From an uncultured delta proteobacterium (GTDB taxonomy: Bacteria > Myxococcota > Myxococcia > Myxococcales > Myxococcaceae), in NCBI GenBank assembly GCA_963796055.1, contig CAWCKH010000004.1, positions 2,752,001 through 2,816,000 of the forward strand: DNA of 64,000 nucleotides, written 5' to 3'. The first letter of the stretch is position 1. Every line of letters begins with the position of its first letter. Shown here in pieces: positions 37,662-45,415 of the stretch. The position numbers were made by a program, and so were the translations under genes. The notes below the pieces were generated by a model. It saw only the letters and a program-made list of their open reading frames with translations. It was not told the DNA's origin and ran no database searches.

Positions 37662-38396
37662 ATGATCGTCGCTCTGGACAGCTCCACGCTCACGCTCTCC
37701 CTCGCCGTGGGGCGGGCCGGTGAGCCCGCGCCGCTGCGGGTCGAGCGCCTCGGTCCGCCCGCGAGGATGAGCGACCTGCTGCCCGGGGCGCTCCTGGATC
37801 TCCTCGCCCGGGCGGGGCTCACCCTGGCGGACGTGCGCGGCTTCGTGGTGGGGCTCGGTCCGGGCAGCTTCACCGGGCTGCGGATCGGGCTGGCCACGGT
37901 GAAGGGCCTGGCGTACGCCCGCCGGCTTCCGGCGACCGGTGCGTCATCGCTCGCCGCGCTGGCGCTGGAGGGACCGGAGAGCATCCCGCTCGCCGCGGTG
38001 GCGGTCGCGCGCCGCGGGGAGCTCTACCTCGGCCGCTACCTTCGCACGGGCGGGCAGGTCGAGGCGCTCGCGCCCGAGCTGGCCTGCACCGAGGGGGACG
38101 TCGCGCGCTGGCTGGTGTCCGAGCCCACCGCGCGCGTGCTCGGCCCCGCCGTTCACGAGGTCCGCCAGGCGCTGCTGGCAGCGGGTGTTCCGGCCTCCCG
38201 CCTGCTCGAGACGCCCGACGTGCCCTCGGCGTGGGCGGTGGCGAGGCTCGCCGGCGAGCTGCCGCCCTTCGACGTGCAGGCTCTCTCCGCGCTCGAGCCG
38301 CACTACGTCCGTGCCTCGGAGGCCGAGCGCAATCCGAAATTTCCACCGCTGCCCGGCCCGGCACCGGCGGCACGCATCCGCGGCGAGGAGGGCTGA
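37662..38396 (+). CDS. tsaB: tRNA t6A biosynthesis protein TsaB
   Basis: ALDSST, GLGPGSFTGLRIG...KGLA, ARRGELY and LEPHYVR.SEAE. Confidence 0.92.
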   Translation: MIVALDSSTLTLSLAVGRAGEPAPLRVERLGPPARMSDLLPGALLDLLARAGLTLADVRGFVVGLGPGSFTGLRIGLATVKGLAYARRLPATGASSLAALALEGPESIPLAAVAVARRGELYLGRYLRTGGQVEALAPELACTEGDVARWLVSEPTARVLGPAVHEVRQALLAAGVPASRLLETPDVPSAWAVARLAGELPPFDVQALSALEPHYVRASEAERNPKFPPLPGPAPAARIRGEEG

Positions 38397-38400
38397 GGGG

Positions 38401-39426
38401 ATGGAGCGGAGCTGGGAGATCGCCGTGGTGGGCGCCACGGGCGTGGTGGGGCGCGAGCTGGTGGGAGTCCTGGCCCAGTCTGGACATCCGGCCGACCGGG
38501 TGCGGCTGCTGGCCTCGGAGCGTTCCGCGGGCGAGGAGCTTCCGTTCGGCGACGAGACGCTCGAGGTGGAGGTCGCCCGCGCCGACACCCTCCGCGGCGC
38601 GCGGCTGGTCTTCCTCGCCACCCCGGCGGACGTGTCGCGCACCCTGGCCCAGGTGGCGGAGGCGGCCGGAGCGGTGGTGGTGGACACGAGCCGGGCCTTC
38701 GTCTCGGACCTCAAGACTCCGGTGGTGTTCCCCCGGGTGCCGGGAGCAGGCCTGGGCCGAGCGCCGGGCGCACGGCGCTTCCGGGTGCCCGGGCCGGTGA
38801 GTCAGGCGCTCCTCGGCTGCCTCGAGCCGCTCCGCGCCGCGGCCGGTCTCCGCGAGGTGCACTGCTCGGCCTTCATCTGCGCCTCCGCGGCGGGGAGGGA
38901 CGGTGTCGCCGAGCTGGAAGGGCAGACCGCAGCGCTCCTCGCGGGCCGCGAGCTCGAGCCGACACACTTCCCGCACCGGCTGGGCTTCAACCTCGTGCCC
39001 CAGGTGGGGCCCTTCAGCGAGGGGAGCGGGTCGACGCTGGAGGAGCTGTCGTGGCGCGCCGAGACAGGACTGCTCTGGGGGCGCGCAGCCCCGGTGCTCG
39101 ACGGCACGGCGGTGTGGGTGCCGACGTTCTACGGAGACCTGGTCGTGATGCACGTCCGCCTGGGACGGGCGATGACGCCGGCGGAGGCACGGCAGCTGCT
39201 CCAGGCCGCGCCGGGGCTCAAGGTGCTCGACGCCCCGGCCGAGCGGGTCTACCCGATGCCGATGCTCGTGACCGCGGACGACGCCATCCACGTCGGGCGG
39301 ATCCGCTCCTTCGCTGGCAGCACCGACGCGCTGGAGCTGGTCGCGGCCGTCGACAACGCCGGCGCCACCGCCCGGCTCTGCCTCGAGGTGGCCGCGCTGG
39401 TGACCGGGTCGGCTGTGACAAATTGA
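38401..39426 (+). CDS. Aspartate-semialdehyde dehydrogenase-like protein (Usg-like, catalytic residues replaced)
   Basis: VVGATGVVG, LLASERSAG, FP..LGFN..P and YPMP...VGRIR are present. The NPNC site reads VPGP and RVPxxxGH reads WVPTFYGD. Confidence 0.82.
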   Translation: MERSWEIAVVGATGVVGRELVGVLAQSGHPADRVRLLASERSAGEELPFGDETLEVEVARADTLRGARLVFLATPADVSRTLAQVAEAAGAVVVDTSRAFVSDLKTPVVFPRVPGAGLGRAPGARRFRVPGPVSQALLGCLEPLRAAAGLREVHCSAFICASAAGRDGVAELEGQTAALLAGRELEPTHFPHRLGFNLVPQVGPFSEGSGSTLEELSWRAETGLLWGRAAPVLDGTAVWVPTFYGDLVVMHVRLGRAMTPAEARQLLQAAPGLKVLDAPAERVYPMPMLVTADDAIHVGRIRSFAGSTDALELVAAVDNAGATARLCLEVAALVTGSAVTN

Positions 39427-39428
39427 CA
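39416..39428 (+). promoter_or_regulatory. TGACA-AAT-TGACA box resembling the candidate enhancer upstream of gspC
   Basis: AT-rich 13-mer over the asd-like stop codon, one mismatch from the palindrome TGACA-N3-TGTCA. Confidence 0.35.
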
Positions 39429-39501
39429 GGTGGGGCCACGGAGGCCTGTCGCGTTGACGTTCCGGTGCTCGCCCCCACCCCCTGGTTGCGGGGCGCGACA
39501 G

Positions 39502-39518
39502 CTGGCCCCGCCCTTGCT
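39502..39518 (+). promoter_or_regulatory. Putative sigma54 promoter of the MYXO-CTERM/beta-barrel pair
   Basis: CTGGCCCCGCCCTTGCT: TGGC, GG-N10-GC spacing and TTGCT, 13 bp before the ATG. Confidence 0.5.
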
Positions 39519-39531
39519 ATCCCTCGGGCGG

Positions 39532-40449
39532 ATGCCCACACGACTTCGCGCGGGGCTGGTGCTCCTCGTGCTCGCGAGCCCGGCCGTGGCCCAGACGGTG
39601 TCCCTGGCGTTCTCCGGGACCACCGCCACCACCCAGTCCGTCAACCAGGGGGACTGCAACGGCAACACTGCGTACCGTGTGACGTGGACCGCGAGCAACC
39701 TGGTTTCGGGCAACGTCTGCAATAACTTGCAGATCTTCGTCACCAACTCGACCAGCTGCCCCGAGACGCCGGCCACGTCCACCACGGACGGCGGGACCGG
39801 AGACATCATCATCGGGACGGTGGGGATCAGCGATCTCGCGACCGGTACCGGGACCCTGGACAGCCAGCGCTTCCGGGACATGCCGGGGCTCGGAGGCAAC
39901 TGCCCCGATGGGGTCGACGTCACAAACGCGGTCTGCGCCTCCGTGAACTACCGGGCGACGGGTGCGACGAGCTGCAGCCCGCTGGGCAGCGCCACCAGCA
40001 TCTCGCTGAACTACGACGCGAAGCCGCCGCAGCCACCGGGCATGAACCTGCTGCCGCAGGACTCGAAGATCGTCGTCCAGCTCGATCCCAATGGAGAATC
40101 GAACCTGTCGGTCTACCGGGTCGAGTATCACCCGGAGCTCTCGGGCGATGCCGGCATCCTCTGGCTCTCCGTCCCCGATCTGTTGGCGACGAAGACCAGC
40201 CAGACGATCTCCGGCCTCACCAACGGCCAGACGTACCTCGTGCGAGCCCGGTCGGTGGACCAGGTTAACAACATCTCGGCGTACACGGCCGAGCAGCCCG
40301 CGACGCCCGAGGCCTCCAACGGGTTCTGGGGCGAGTACAAGGCCGCCGGCGGGCACGAGCTCGGTGGCTGCAACGCCGCAGGTGCGACGGTGCCCTCGCT
40401 GGTGGGCGCGCTGGCGGTGATCGCCGCTCTGCTCCGGAGGCGCCGATGA
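39532..40449 (+). CDS. Cys-rich, Fn3-domain surface protein with MYXO-CTERM sorting tag (MXAN_2561-like)
   Basis: Signal peptide (AVA|Q), Fn3 motif TISGLTNGQTYLVRARSVD, and C-terminus GGCNAA-hydrophobic helix-RRRR. Confidence 0.82.
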   Translation: MPTRLRAGLVLLVLASPAVAQTVSLAFSGTTATTQSVNQGDCNGNTAYRVTWTASNLVSGNVCNNLQIFVTNSTSCPETPATSTTDGGTGDIIIGTVGISDLATGTGTLDSQRFRDMPGLGGNCPDGVDVTNAVCASVNYRATGATSCSPLGSATSISLNYDAKPPQPPGMNLLPQDSKIVVQLDPNGESNLSVYRVEYHPELSGDAGILWLSVPDLLATKTSQTISGLTNGQTYLVRARSVDQVNNISAYTAEQPATPEASNGFWGEYKAAGGHELGGCNAAGATVPSLVGALAVIAALLRRRR

Positions 40450-41180
40450 GAGTCGCGGCGCTCCTGGTCCTGCTGGCGGCCTGGGAGGCGTCCGCCCAGA
40501 CGGTGGTGCAGATCAAGCAGGAACCTCCCGCCGAGCCCCAGGTGGGAGTCCTGTTCGAGCTGAAGATGGGGACGCTGATCCCCCGTGTCGGCGACGAGCA
40601 GGGCCTCAGCTCGAACCCCTACCAGACCATCTTCGGCAACAAGAGCATGCTGTACGGCGGCGGCGAGGTCGACTTCATCGCCTGGCACGGCTACGGCGCG
40701 GTGACCGTCGGCTTCGCTGCCGGCTACGCCGAGAAGTACGCCCCGGCGCTGCTGGTCACCAACGACCAGACGAACGGGCAGCCGTCCACCGAGAAGACCG
40801 CGCTGATCATCTTCCCGCTCCGGCTCCCGGTGGCATACCGCTTCGACGTCACCTGGTCCCGGTGGCGGATCCCCCTCGTGCCCTACTTCAAGGTCGCGCT
40901 GCTGGCGACGCCCTGGCGGGTGACCAAGGGCGGCACCACCGAGGTGGTGAACGGCCAGACCGGTTCCGGTCTCAAGTGGGGGTATGGCTTCACCGGGGGC
41001 GTGGCCTTCGTGCTCGACGTGCTCTCCGCGCAGATGGCCAAGGACATGACGACGAACACGGGCATCCGCCACACCTACATCTTCGCCGAGTACAATCTGG
41101 ATCAACTGACGGACTTCGGGAAGAACAACCTGAACCTCTCGGCCCGCTGGTTCACCTTCGGGCTCGGCTTCGAGTTCTAG
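40446..41180 (+). CDS. Outer-membrane beta-barrel protein (MXAN_2562-like)
   Basis: ATGA overlap with the upstream gene, signal peptide, alternating beta strands (LVPYFKVAL) and C-terminal BAM signal FGLGFEF. Confidence 0.8.
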   Translation: MRVAALLVLLAAWEASAQTVVQIKQEPPAEPQVGVLFELKMGTLIPRVGDEQGLSSNPYQTIFGNKSMLYGGGEVDFIAWHGYGAVTVGFAAGYAEKYAPALLVTNDQTNGQPSTEKTALIIFPLRLPVAYRFDVTWSRWRIPLVPYFKVALLATPWRVTKGGTTEVVNGQTGSGLKWGYGFTGGVAFVLDVLSAQMAKDMTTNTGIRHTYIFAEYNLDQLTDFGKNNLNLSARWFTFGLGFEF

Positions 41181-41181
41181 C

Positions 41182-41838
41182 GTGGCGCTCACCGTCCTCT
41201 ACTTCGCCGCGGCCCGGGAACGCGCCGGAACGGCGCAGGAGACGGTGGACTGGACCGGCGGGCCGGTGCGGCAGCTGCTCGAGCAGCTCGCTGTCCGCCA
41301 CCCGGAGCTGCGGCCGCTGCTCCCCCATCTCCGGGTGGCGGTGAACCAGGAGTTCCAGTCGCTGGACGCGCCGGTCCCGGACCGGGCCGAGGTGGCGCTG
41401 GTGCCTCCGGTGGCGGGCGGGTCGGACTGCTTCCGGCTGTCGGATGAGCCCCTGGTGCTGGAGGAGGTGGTGCGCGCCGTCGGCGGACCCGAGCGCGGAG
41501 GGCTGGTCACCTTCACCGGCACGGTGCGCTCCGAGACCCGGGGCCGCCGGGTCCGAGCGCTGAGCTACGAGGCCTACCCGGGGATGGCCGAGCGCGCGAT
41601 GGCGGCGATCGGCCGGGAGATCGAGTCGCGCTGGCCGGGCAGCCGTGCGGCCATCGTGCACCGGGTGGGAACGCTCGTCCCCGGCGACGCGGCGGTGGTG
41701 ATCGCGGTGTCCGCCCCGCATCGTGCGGCGGCCTTCGAGGGCTGCCGCCATGCCATCGAGCGGCTCAAGGCCGACGTCCCCATCTGGAAGAAGGAGCGGT
41801 TCGAGGACGGCGAAGAGTGGGTCGGCCTGGGGCCCTAG
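41182..41838 (+). CDS. moaDE: Fused molybdopterin synthase MoaD-MoaE
   Basis: MoaD part VLYFAAARE...VAVNQE...EVALVPPVAGG continues in frame into MoaE part F.GTVR, LSYEAY, HRVG.L, SAPHR and PIWKKE. Confidence 0.92.
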   Translation: MALTVLYFAAARERAGTAQETVDWTGGPVRQLLEQLAVRHPELRPLLPHLRVAVNQEFQSLDAPVPDRAEVALVPPVAGGSDCFRLSDEPLVLEEVVRAVGGPERGGLVTFTGTVRSETRGRRVRALSYEAYPGMAERAMAAIGREIESRWPGSRAAIVHRVGTLVPGDAAVVIAVSAPHRAAAFEGCRHAIERLKADVPIWKKERFEDGEEWVGLGP

Positions 41839-41845
41839 TTCCCCG

Positions 41846-42475
41846 TCATTTCTTGTCCGGGGTCGGCGCTGTTGCCGGAGCTGGCGCGGGCGCGGCTGCC
41901 GGTGCGGCGGGCTTTGCGGCAGGAGCGGGGTCGGCCGCGGCGGGGGCTGGGGCAGCCGCCGGAGCGGCGGCCGCGGCGGCTGCGCGCGCGTGTGTAGACA
42001 GCGCCTTGCACCCCTCACTCAGCTCGGCCTGGTGCTCCTCGAGGCACCTGGCGAGCATCCCCCTCGTGTGGGGCACCGAGGCGCAGAGCTTCTGGATGTC
42101 CTCCTTGCACTCGCCGCCTCCGGACGCCCGGAGCTCCGTGAGACGCGCGCGGCAGCTGTTGGACAGCTCACCCTCGTGCTCGTAGAGACAGCGGTAGAGG
42201 CGGCCGCCCCCTGGCTGGACCCCGGCGCAGAACGCCTCGACGTCCGCCTTGCAGGGCGAGTCGGTCTTCACGGCGATGACCGGAGGTGGGGCGGCTGGAG
42301 CTCCGGCGGGTGCGGCTGCGGGTGCCGGTGCGGCCGCGGCAGGAGCGGCCGTCGGCGCGGCGGCGCCGGCCGGGGCAGGCGCGGGCTTGGCCGGGGCAGC
42401 GGGTGGTGGCGCCTGTGCCAGCGCCAGCGCGGCGCTGAGCCCCACCGCCACGAGAACCGCAGATTCAAGCTTCAT
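41846..42475 (-). CDS. Secreted protein with two cysteine-rich (GLG1-like) repeats flanked by Ala/Pro linkers
   Basis: Signal peptide (ALA|Q); two copies of C..D....C..V....G.L..CL..H..ELS..C. Confidence 0.75.
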   Translation of the reverse strand: MKLESAVLVAVGLSAALALAQAPPPAAPAKPAPAPAGAAAPTAAPAAAAPAPAAAPAGAPAAPPPVIAVKTDSPCKADVEAFCAGVQPGGGRLYRCLYEHEGELSNSCRARLTELRASGGGECKEDIQKLCASVPHTRGMLARCLEEHQAELSEGCKALSTHARAAAAAAAPAAAPAPAAADPAPAAKPAAPAAAPAPAPATAPTPDKK

Positions 42476-42581
42476 GGGCTTCTTCCCCTCCGTCGTGCCG
42501 GGACCTGCACGTTGATCCAACAGTCAATCGCGGGGCCATCGGACCAAGGTCCAATGGAGCGGGGGAGCCGCGTGGGTGGGA

Positions 42582-43259
42582 ATGACCCCTCCGATGCGCC
42601 AGAAGCCCCCCGGGCAGCTCGTCCGAGGCGTGCTGACCCCGCTCGACCGGGCTTCCGAGGTGCTGTTCGGCGTGATCATGGCCCTGACCGTCACCGGGGC
42701 GCTGGAAGTCGCGCAGCCGACGGAGAGCGAGACGCGGGCGCTCTTCGTCAGCACCCTGGCGTGCAACATCGCCTGGGGGCTGGTGGACGCGGTCATGTAC
42801 GTCCTCAACGGGGTGCTCGCCCGAGGACGCCGCGCTCTGGTTGCCCGGGGCCTCCGGGAGGGGGTCGACGTGGCCTCCGTCCCGGACCTCCTTGCCGAAG
42901 TCCTCCCGGAGCCGTTCGTGGAGACGCTGAACGCCGCCGAGCTGGAGGCGCTGCGGAGGAAGGTCGTTGCCCACCCGGAGCTCCCCGAGCCGCCGCGGGT
43001 GCACGGCGAAGACCTGCTCGGCGGAGCCGGCGTGTTCCTGCTGGTCGTGGCCGCCACCTTCCCGGTGTCGCTTCCCTTCCTGCTGTTCCGCGACCTGGCG
43101 GTGGCGAAGGCCGTCTCGCGGGGGCTGGCGCTCCTGCTCCTCTTCCTCAGCGGCTACGCGGTGGGCAGGTACTCGGGGCTCGGGCCCCTGCGCATGGGCC
43201 TGGTGGTGCTCGGCATCGGAGTGGTCCTCGTCGTCCTGGTGATGGCGCTCGGCGGATGA
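42582..43259 (+). CDS. VIT1/CCC1-like membrane protein
   Basis: SEVLFGVIMALT, CNIAWGLVDAVMY, TFPV.LPFL and about five TM helices. Confidence 0.7.
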   Translation: MTPPMRQKPPGQLVRGVLTPLDRASEVLFGVIMALTVTGALEVAQPTESETRALFVSTLACNIAWGLVDAVMYVLNGVLARGRRALVARGLREGVDVASVPDLLAEVLPEPFVETLNAAELEALRRKVVAHPELPEPPRVHGEDLLGGAGVFLLVVAATFPVSLPFLLFRDLAVAKAVSRGLALLLLFLSGYAVGRYSGLGPLRMGLVVLGIGVVLVVLVMALGG

Positions 43260-43894
43260 GCCCGCGCAGCACCGCCACCTGGCTGCTCGCGCCCACCTTG
43301 CTCGTCTGCAGCGCATCCTGGGCACAGAGCGAGGTCCCCGAGAACGAGGAGAGGCCCTGGAGCCTCGGCGCCTCGCTCTCCTGGTACTTCGTCCGGGACC
43401 AGAAGAACTTCGGGGTGGTCACCGCCACCGCGAATCACGGACCGGTGCATCTGGAAGCCCGTTACAACTACGAGGCGCTGAAGACCGCCTCGACCTTCGT
43501 CGGCTGGAACTTCGAGTTCGGAGAGACGGTCAAGCTCGAGCTCACCCCCATCGTGGGCTGCATGTTCGGCGACGTGGGCGGGCCGATCCTCGGACTGGAG
43601 CTCGCGGTCGGCTGGGGCCCGCTCTCGTTCAGCTCGCAACTGGAATCGGTGTGGGACGTCCAGGAGGGCACCGGGGGCTTCGTCTACGTCTGGTCCGAGC
43701 TCGACGTCCGACCATGGGAGTGGCTCCGCGCGGGAATGGTCGTCCAGCGCACGCGTGTCTTCCACACTGCCCGCGAGGTGGTGCTCGGCCCCCTGCTCGG
43801 GGTGAACTTCTGGAAGCTCGACCTCACCGCGTACTGGTTCCAGCCGGGAGGCATCGACCAGTTCTTCGTGGCGGCGATCGGGGTGAGCTTCTGA
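43256..43894 (+). CDS. Putative outer-membrane beta-barrel protein
   Basis: ATGA overlap with the VIT gene, signal peptide, aromatic-rich beta strands (LEARYNYE) and C-terminal IGVSF. Confidence 0.65.
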   Translation: MSPRSTATWLLAPTLLVCSASWAQSEVPENEERPWSLGASLSWYFVRDQKNFGVVTATANHGPVHLEARYNYEALKTASTFVGWNFEFGETVKLELTPIVGCMFGDVGGPILGLELAVGWGPLSFSSQLESVWDVQEGTGGFVYVWSELDVRPWEWLRAGMVVQRTRVFHTAREVVLGPLLGVNFWKLDLTAYWFQPGGIDQFFVAAIGVSF

Positions 43895-43906
43895 AAGAAC
43901 CCAGCC

Positions 43907-45325
43907 CTACGCCAGTCGCGCCGAGGTTGCCGGCACCGAGGCGGCCGATGCCGGTTGCGCCGAGTCCGGCAGGTAGTGGTCCCGCACCACGTAGCGCCGG
44001 GCGATGAGCGCGAAGCCCAGGGCGGCCAGGTAGGTGAGGCCGGACCAGAAGAGGAACTCGGCCGTGCCGTGGACCAGGCCCAGCTTCTTCACCAGCACCA
44101 CCACGAAGTTCCCCACGAAGGTGGTGAGCAGCCAGAGGCTCATGATGGTCCCCTTCATCCGGACCGGCGCCTGGGTGTACGCGAACTCGAGCCCGGTGGT
44201 GGACACCAGGACCTCGGAGAGGGTGAGCACCAGGTACGGCCCCACCTGCCAGAGCACCGAGGGACGGCTCCCGCTCTCCAGCGCCCGCTGGATGAGCGCC
44301 ACCCCGACGAAGGAGGTCGCGGTGAGCACCAGCCCGGTGCCCATCCGCCACAGCGGGGTGAAGCGGATGCCGCGGCGCTCGAGCCAGGGGTAGAGCGCGT
44401 AGGTGGTCAGGGGGATGAGGATGAGGATCAGCAGCGGGTTCACCGCCTGGAGCTGGCTGGGGGCGAGCGTCAGCGACCCCACCTGGAGGTCCAGGTTCCG
44501 CGCCTGCAGCACCCACAGCGAGGCCTTCTGGTCGAAGCAGGCCCAGAAGAAGGGGATCATCGCGAAGATGCTCGCCACCCCCAGCACGGCCCGCGCCCCG
44601 TCCACGGCCTCCTCGGGATGCGCGGCCCGGGCCCGTGCCCAGAAGCCGCCAGGCGCCTTCCCGAAGAGCCCGGAGAGCAGGACGAAGAGGAACGCGTGCC
44701 GGTCCGGCTCGCGGGGCGGCACCCGCACGTAGAGCTTGCGGCCCGCCCAGAACACCAGCGTGGCGATGGCCATCAGCACCCCGGGGATGCCGAAGGCGAC
44801 GCGCGGACCGAAGTGCTCCAGCACCTTGGGGATGGTGGCCGAGGCGAAGAAGCTGCCGAGGTTGATCGACCAGTAGAACCAGCCGAACACCTTGGGCACG
44901 AGTGAACGGTTGGCGACGGTGAACTGGTCGCCGACGAAGGACGCGACGCACGGTTTGATGCCACCCGAGCCGAGGGCGATGAGGAAGAGCCCGGTATAGA
45001 AGCCGCGCTCGCTGTCCTCGAAGAAGGCCAGGCACGCGTGCCCGGCCACGTACACCAGGCTGAGCCAGAGCACCGTGCGGTACTTCCCCCACCACCAGTC
45101 GGCGAGCACTCCCCCGAGCAAGGGGAAGAGGAACACCCCCATCACGAAGGTGTGGAACACCGCCTGCGCCTGATCGGACCGGTTCCCGGTGTGGCGGGTC
45201 AGGAGGTAGTCGACGAGGAACACCGTGAGGACGTTCCGCATCCCGTAGAAGCTGAAGCGCTCGGCGGCCTCGTTTCCGATGATGTACCGGATCTGCGGCG
45301 GAAAGCGGGGTGCGGCGTCGGTCAC
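43907..45325 (-). CDS. POT/PTR-family proton-dependent oligopeptide transporter
   Basis: GTG start with GGAGGA RBS; EAAERFSFYGMR, GSGGIKP...GDQF, FYWSINLGS and GLEFAY.QAP. Confidence 0.93.
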   Translation of the reverse strand: MTDAAPRFPPQIRYIIGNEAAERFSFYGMRNVLTVFLVDYLLTRHTGNRSDQAQAVFHTFVMGVFLFPLLGGVLADWWWGKYRTVLWLSLVYVAGHACLAFFEDSERGFYTGLFLIALGSGGIKPCVASFVGDQFTVANRSLVPKVFGWFYWSINLGSFFASATIPKVLEHFGPRVAFGIPGVLMAIATLVFWAGRKLYVRVPPREPDRHAFLFVLLSGLFGKAPGGFWARARAAHPEEAVDGARAVLGVASIFAMIPFFWACFDQKASLWVLQARNLDLQVGSLTLAPSQLQAVNPLLILILIPLTTYALYPWLERRGIRFTPLWRMGTGLVLTATSFVGVALIQRALESGSRPSVLWQVGPYLVLTLSEVLVSTTGLEFAYTQAPVRMKGTIMSLWLLTTFVGNFVVVLVKKLGLVHGTAEFLFWSGLTYLAALGFALIARRYVVRDHYLPDSAQPASAASVPATSARLA

Positions 45326-45415
45326 GACGGGGTCCTCCGTTCCGCGTGCGGCGGCCAGCCCCTGGCATGGCACGGTCGAATCGAGCACACAACGGTGCCC
45401 TGGCCCCGTGGGCGT

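Noticed and set aside
41860..42420. Repetitive GCC/GCG/CCG tracts (also in the gspD and gltC linkers) as a possible repeat array or CRISPR
   Set aside because: They encode Ala/Pro low-complexity linkers. There are no constant-length repeats with unique spacers and no cas genes.
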